Below are positions 27,377 through 32,384 of a DNA stretch of 32,384 bases, one piece after another. Position 1 is the first letter of the stretch. Each line of letters opens with the position of its first letter. Under the pieces are notes generated by a model, which saw only the letters and a list, made by a program, of their open reading frames with translations, did no database searches and had not been told where the DNA came from. The DNA lies in the IMG/VR virus record IMGVR_UViG_3300048578_000364, positions 1 through 32,384 of that record; one strand, 5' to 3'. The DNA is from a virus (Duplodnaviria > Caudoviricetes). Both the position numbers and the translations under genes were made by a program.

Positions 27377-28655
27377 TGTTGCAGGAGGTCGGATAAAACG
27401 ACTGATAGTTAATATGCCTCCAAGACATGGTAAATCTGAACTTATTTCAAGGTATTTCCCTGCTTGGTATTTAGGCACTTATCCAGACAGAAGAATAATT
27501 CTGGTTTCTTACGAAGCTGGATTTGCTGCATCTTGGGGTAGAAAAACAAAAGAACTTCTTGAAGAACACGGAAAAGATTTATTCGGAATCAAATTAAATA
27601 GACTCTCAAATTCTGCATACCGTTGGGATGTTTTAGGTCAAGAAGGTGGACTAAATGCTACAGGTGTTGGTGGTGCTATTACTGGTAAGGGTGCTAATGT
27701 TTTAATTATTGATGACCCTGTTAAAAATGACGAACAAGCTAATAGTAAGACTTATAGAGATAAAACTTATGATTGGTTCAGAGCTACTGCATATACAAGA
27801 CTTGAACCTGATGGAGCAATCATTGTAATTATGACCAGATGGCATTTCGATGATTTGGCAGGTAGATTAATAAATGACCCTGATTCTGATGATAAATGGG
27901 AAGTTTTGAGTTTTCCTGCTATTGCAAAAGAAAATGATTCTTTGGGTAGAGATGAAGGAGTGCCATTATGGGAATATAGATACCCTGTTGATAAACTAAA
28001 CAAAATCAAAAGTCAGATTGGTTCTTACTGGTTTTCTGCTTTGTATCAACAACAACCAATTGCTACGGAATATCAAATCTTTAAAACTGAATGGTGGAAA
28101 GAATATTCTGACTTACCAAGCGGTTCTTTACTGATTCAATCTTGGGACACAGCTTTTAAAGAAAAAGAGCAGAATGATTTTTCTGTATGTACTACTTGGC
28201 TACTTTCAGATAAAGGATATTATTTAGTTGACTATTGGAGAGCTAAGGTATTATTCCCTGACTTGCAAAGGCAAGTTGTTATGCAATATCATAAGCACAA
28301 CCCAAATGTGGTTTTGATTGAAGATGCGGCAAGTGGTCAAAGTCTAATACAAGTTCTTCAACGTGATACAAAGATTCCAATTAAACCTATTCTGGCGATC
28401 AGGGACAAGGTTACAAGGGCACACTTGGTAACACCACTAATCGAATCCGGAAAGGTTTTCCTTCCTAAAAACGCACAGTTTTTAGCTGACATCGTTAATG
28501 AATGTTCTGAATTCCCTTACGGTAATCACGATGATATAGTTGATAGTATCACACAAGCATTGGACTATTTAAGAAGAAGAAGTTCAGGAGATAAATCACT
28601 TTCATATCTGAGCAAATTAAGCAGAAAGCAAGATAATTATTTCACTAATTATTGA
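27225..28655 (+). CDS. terL: Terminase large subunit
   Basis: Walker A MPPRHGKS, Walker B LIIDDP, IMTRWH, ALYQQQP, nuclease SWDTA and HDDIVDS. The exact start is uncertain (27225 or 27264). Confidence 0.96.
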   Translation: MTKKQQTLFLNSSMPWEILKTASPATMAMHITKGRYQIAPHINILNKKLLDVAGGRIKRLIVNMPPRHGKSELISRYFPAWYLGTYPDRRIILVSYEAGFAASWGRKTKELLEEHGKDLFGIKLNRLSNSAYRWDVLGQEGGLNATGVGGAITGKGANVLIIDDPVKNDEQANSKTYRDKTYDWFRATAYTRLEPDGAIIVIMTRWHFDDLAGRLINDPDSDDKWEVLSFPAIAKENDSLGRDEGVPLWEYRYPVDKLNKIKSQIGSYWFSALYQQQPIATEYQIFKTEWWKEYSDLPSGSLLIQSWDTAFKEKEQNDFSVCTTWLLSDKGYYLVDYWRAKVLFPDLQRQVVMQYHKHNPNVVLIEDAASGQSLIQVLQRDTKIPIKPILAIRDKVTRAHLVTPLIESGKVFLPKNAQFLADIVNECSEFPYGNHDDIVDSITQALDYLRRRSSGDKSLSYLSKLSRKQDNYFTNY

Positions 28656-28665
28656 GAAATTAAAA

Positions 28666-30111
28666 ATGGGGTTAATCAATAGAATTAAAAATGTTTTTTC
28701 AGAAAAAAATGATACTGGCAAACGACCATATCCTCTTGGAGTAATAGCCACAAGGCAAGCTTTTCTATTTAGTGCTTTAAATGAATTGCTTCCTAATCCT
28801 GATGTTATACTTCAAAAGAATAATGAAACTCTGGAGATATACAAGAATTTTCTTTATGATGCACACGTATCAAGTTGCGTTCAATCGAGAAAAGCAGGAG
28901 TTTTAAGTTTGAATTGGGAGATAAATAGAGGAGGAACAAAAAGTACTGAATCGGAGTTTATTGAAGAAATATTCAATAGTTTAAACCTAAGGCAAATAAT
29001 TTCTGAAATGCTTGACGCTCCTTTGTTTGGATTCAAACCTATTGAGATTTATTGGAGTGAAGTAGATGGTAAAATAGTCCCTAAAGAGCTCAAAGGCAAG
29101 CCTTCTTGGTGGTTTGAGTTTGATAGTAACAATATGCTTAGATTTAAAGATAGACAAAAACCTAATGGAGTTTTAATGCCAAATAAGAAATTTTTAGTGA
29201 TGCAACATAATGCCACTTATGATAATCCTTACGGTGAATCAATCCTTGCCAAGTGTTATTATCCAGTTATTTTCAAAAAAGGTGGAATGAAACTATGGTC
29301 AGTTTTCACTCAGAAGTATGGAATGCCTTTTCTTCACGGTAAAATAGGGCTTGGAAAAGGACAAGAAGAAGCTTATGAGTTATTCAATGTATTGGAGAAA
29401 CTTCAACAAGACGGTATTGCTGTTACTGAAGAAGAAGTAAGTATTGATATACTTGAATCATCAAAAACAAGTTCTGCAGATATATATAAGAACTTACTTC
29501 ATTTTTGTAATGCAGAAATCTCCAAAGCGATACTCTCACAAACTCTTACAACCGAGCAGGGAGATACTGGTTCTTATGCTATGAGCCAAACGCACCTGCA
29601 AGTAAGGAAAGATGTAGTTGATGCAGATAAACAACTTGTAGAATACTGGTTAAATAAGCTGATTGAATGGATTATTGAATTCAATTTTGAATCGGTTTCA
29701 GAAATACCACGCTTTGTAATGTATGAAGAGCAAGACGTTGATATGTCTTTAGCACAGCGTGACCAAACACTTTCTTCAACCGGGCAAGTGAAATTTACTA
29801 AAGAATATTTCAAACGGAACTATGGATTCAAAGATGATGAAATTGAAATTTCATTTGAACAAACAAAGCCCCAATTCTCCGAATCTGATAAAATCAGAGA
29901 GAAGTCAGCTTTTGATATTTCTCAATTTGATGAACTTACTCAATCCGTCTTAAAACCAATACTTGAAATGATAAATGAAAGTAAGAGTTACAATGAAATC
30001 CAAGACAAAATAATTGAAATGTTCCCGGAATTAGACACTAACTTACTCGAAGACTATTTAGCAAAAGGTATTTTATTAGCAACTGGGAGTGGTATTATAA
30101 GTGCAAAGTGA
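28666..30111 (+). CDS. Portal protein, Mu gp29/DUF935 family
   Basis: DAHVSSCVQSRK, NPYGESIL, FTQKYGMP, EISKAILSQTLTT, GSYAMSQTHLQVRKD. Confidence 0.95.
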   Translation: MGLINRIKNVFSEKNDTGKRPYPLGVIATRQAFLFSALNELLPNPDVILQKNNETLEIYKNFLYDAHVSSCVQSRKAGVLSLNWEINRGGTKSTESEFIEEIFNSLNLRQIISEMLDAPLFGFKPIEIYWSEVDGKIVPKELKGKPSWWFEFDSNNMLRFKDRQKPNGVLMPNKKFLVMQHNATYDNPYGESILAKCYYPVIFKKGGMKLWSVFTQKYGMPFLHGKIGLGKGQEEAYELFNVLEKLQQDGIAVTEEEVSIDILESSKTSSADIYKNLLHFCNAEISKAILSQTLTTEQGDTGSYAMSQTHLQVRKDVVDADKQLVEYWLNKLIEWIIEFNFESVSEIPRFVMYEEQDVDMSLAQRDQTLSSTGQVKFTKEYFKRNYGFKDDEIEISFEQTKPQFSESDKIREKSAFDISQFDELTQSVLKPILEMINESKSYNEIQDKIIEMFPELDTNLLEDYLAKGILLATGSGIISAK

Positions 30112-31810
30112 GAAGTACATAGTAGAATTTTTCAAAAGCACAGGCAAAATACCTAAATTAAGTGGTTTTCGTTTTGAAGATCCTTTGCAAACTGCTTTCA
30201 AATTGCCACCTGAAAGAGCATTAGAGTGGTTAAAACAAAGAGGTAAGAAACTTAAAATATCAAGTGATTGGGAAGAACTTGATGCAGAAGCACATAATAA
30301 AGCTTTTACTGTAGCGAAGGTTATGAGTGCAGATATTCTCCAAATGATTTATGATTATGTTGAAAGAGCAAAATCAGAGGGAATGACTTTAAGTAAATTT
30401 CAAACAATGTTATTGCCTCGCTTAGAAGCAGCTGGTTGGACTGGTGTAACTCCATCTCGGTTAAAAGTCATTTATGATACAAATATGCAAATGGCGTATT
30501 CTCAAGGAAAATATCGTCAGCAGAAACTTATATCTCATATATATCCTTATTGGAAATACACACAGATTCAAAGACCTACAAAAAGACATAATCACAGCTT
30601 ACTACACGATAAGGTTTTTCGGTACGATGATCCGATTTGGGATTTGATATACCCTCCATCGGGTTTTGGTTGTAAGTGTTCTGTAACACCTATTAAAGAC
30701 GGTTCTAATGCCGAAGACGGCTCAAAATATTTAAGACAACTTAGAAGGTCGAAAGACTTTACATTACACCCGGCATATACCTGGAAAGTGGACACATCAA
30801 AATATGTTAAAGATTTGAGAAATCAGCTGGATAAAATGCTTAACACTAAACCATCATTTTTTGATAAAGCATTTGAGAATGAAGAGCTTTTGAGAAAAAT
30901 AAGTGAAAAATATAAGGAGCAAACAAAGGAAGATTTAGGGCATCATCATATTGCTGAAATGCTTGGATTTACAGCTAAGCCGAAAGTATTAAACAAAGCA
31001 GAAATTGATGAATTGAATTTGTTGGACTACTATATAACTTATCGCGGTTTAAATGGAATTAAAGCCCAAGAGTTTTACGACCAATTCAAATATGGTGATT
31101 ATTTTTCTGGTAGAGGTATATTCGGAAGTGGTACTTATGTAGCTATTGATGATATTGATGCAACAAGACCTTTCACAAACCAAAAAGAAGTCATGAAAAT
31201 TCTTTATCCAAAAAATGCTAATATAATTAATTATAAAGACTTAGACAGAGATTTCAATAAAAGAGAAGATGAAATGATGGTTATAGCTTATAAAAAACTC
31301 GGATATGAACCCTATGAAGATAAGATTATTTGGCGGAAATTGATGGATGATGAATCAAATCTGAGTGGAAAGGAAAGAGATGAGTTGGAATACAGATACG
31401 AGAACATTTCAAGTGAAGTTTTCAAAGAATTTGACAAAATAAGAAGGGATGCTTACTTTTTAAATGATATTGGGGATTATGCAATTTTGAAAGGATATGA
31501 TGCCATTTTTGTTGAGGATAGGAAATATTTAGTTATTATGAATCGTTCTAAATGTATTGTTCAAAAAGAAAATGTAGAGTTACCACCTGTGGAATTTAGT
31601 GAAAAGAAAATTGTCAATATGCCTGCAGATTTAAGTAGGAGACTTGGTAGAGTGTGGGGTCGCATAGCACTATACAACGATGTGAATCCAAATGATGTAG
31701 TGCGTATGACTTCTAAAATTGCATCAATTCAAAAATTTCAAGATCTGCCTGAAGAAGTTCAAAAATGGGTTGTTGTTGCCGAGGAGAATATTGGAGAAGA
31801 TAATGATTAG
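30101..31810 (+). CDS. MuF minor head protein with C-terminal ADP-ribosyltransferase-like extension
   Basis: MuF core (AFTVAKV, RLKVIYDTNMQMAY, DDPIWDLIYPPSGFGCKCSV) in about the first 200 aa; extension has TYRG, GRGIFGSGTY and KGYDAI...YLVIMNRS. Confidence 0.85.
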   Translation: MQSEKYIVEFFKSTGKIPKLSGFRFEDPLQTAFKLPPERALEWLKQRGKKLKISSDWEELDAEAHNKAFTVAKVMSADILQMIYDYVERAKSEGMTLSKFQTMLLPRLEAAGWTGVTPSRLKVIYDTNMQMAYSQGKYRQQKLISHIYPYWKYTQIQRPTKRHNHSLLHDKVFRYDDPIWDLIYPPSGFGCKCSVTPIKDGSNAEDGSKYLRQLRRSKDFTLHPAYTWKVDTSKYVKDLRNQLDKMLNTKPSFFDKAFENEELLRKISEKYKEQTKEDLGHHHIAEMLGFTAKPKVLNKAEIDELNLLDYYITYRGLNGIKAQEFYDQFKYGDYFSGRGIFGSGTYVAIDDIDATRPFTNQKEVMKILYPKNANIINYKDLDRDFNKREDEMMVIAYKKLGYEPYEDKIIWRKLMDDESNLSGKERDELEYRYENISSEVFKEFDKIRRDAYFLNDIGDYAILKGYDAIFVEDRKYLVIMNRSKCIVQKENVELPPVEFSEKKIVNMPADLSRRLGRVWGRIALYNDVNPNDVVRMTSKIASIQKFQDLPEEVQKWVVVAEENIGEDND

Positions 31811-32384
31811 TAATGACATCACTAATTCGCTTTCCAGAAAGTTCATCGAACTGCAGAAACAATTTGATGACCTTACACCTGTACTTGAAGTAGTATCGGC
31901 ACTAATTGAAAGGGCGATTTCTGAAAATTTTGATGCTCGTGGTCGTTGGGATGGAGAAGAAAATAATATTACAATATTATCCGGTGGTTCTCAGAAATGG
32001 AAAGCTCTTGCTTCTTCCACAAAGGAGAAATACCAAAGACTTGGTTGGGAATTAGAACCTACATTGAATCGCTCGAAAGGTCTTATGTCAACAATTGAGG
32101 TAAGACCACAAGGTAAATCTTCGATAGTTATTTCAGCAAACTCTCCTTATGCGGCTATTCATCAATTTGGTGGAACTTTAACGCCAACCATACCTATTAC
32201 TTCCAAAATGCGAAGGTTCTTCTGGGCAAAGTATTATAATACAGGATTGGTCAATTGGAAAGTTCTTGCACTTACGAAAAAGAAAGAGCTGAAACCTGTT
32301 ATTCAGATTCCGGCTCGTCCTTATATAACTTTGACTGAAGAAGATTTGGAAGAGATTTTAGAATTATTAACAAACAGATTTTGA
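31803..32384 (+). CDS. Phage virion morphogenesis protein (Mu gpG-like)
   Basis: ENFDARG, WKALASST, PYAAIHQFGG, IPARPYI; ATG 31803 with a GGAGA RBS. Confidence 0.92.
   Translation: MISNDITNSLSRKFIELQKQFDDLTPVLEVVSALIERAISENFDARGRWDGEENNITILSGGSQKWKALASSTKEKYQRLGWELEPTLNRSKGLMSTIEVRPQGKSSIVISANSPYAAIHQFGGTLTPTIPITSKMRRFFWAKYYNTGLVNWKVLALTKKKELKPVIQIPARPYITLTEEDLEEILELLTNRF

Larger units (their letters stand above)
1066..32384. mobile_element. Prophage (left end plus structural, lysis, modification and packaging modules; continues beyond window)
   Basis: Att site plus a contiguous set of terminase, portal, protease, capsid, lysis, tail and tape measure genes with no visible frameshift decay. 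Confidence 0.95.

Overview
AT-rich bacterial DNA holding one end and the whole morphogenesis region of a temperate, probably long-tailed prophage. Positions 1-636 are the 5' part of a host secreted leucine-rich-repeat gene. At 1066-1152 is an attachment site: a duplicated tRNA 3' end, an IHF-consensus site and tandem arm-type repeats. From 22331 down to 1249 a minus-strand late region encodes a Mu-gpI-like protease with a nested scaffold, lambda-type decoration and major capsid proteins, Mu gp36/gp37-like connectors, a lysis cassette, fibre proteins, tail proteins, a -1 frameshifted tail chaperone pair and, last, a 1.9k-aa tape measure protein. An XRE-HTH/ImmA-IrrE peptidase + PIN nuclease cassette with its own operator-laden promoter interrupts this region. 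A divergent plus-strand region (22597-32384) carries a putative DNA-modification cassette (class I SAM methyltransferase, YbdN/IbrA-like PAPS-reductase-family protein, small conserved protein, DPPW amino-methyltransferase, YbdM/IbrB-like ParB) leading into terminase, DUF935 portal, a MuF protein with an ADP-ribosyltransferase-like C-terminal extension, and gpG. The most notable unannotated signals are a shared degenerate 13-bp tandem array upstream of both leftward late units, a structured antisense mini-gene inside the modification cassette, and a recurrent F-S-E motif that may mark prohead-protease cleavage. All family assignments come from motif recognition by eye; no searches were run.
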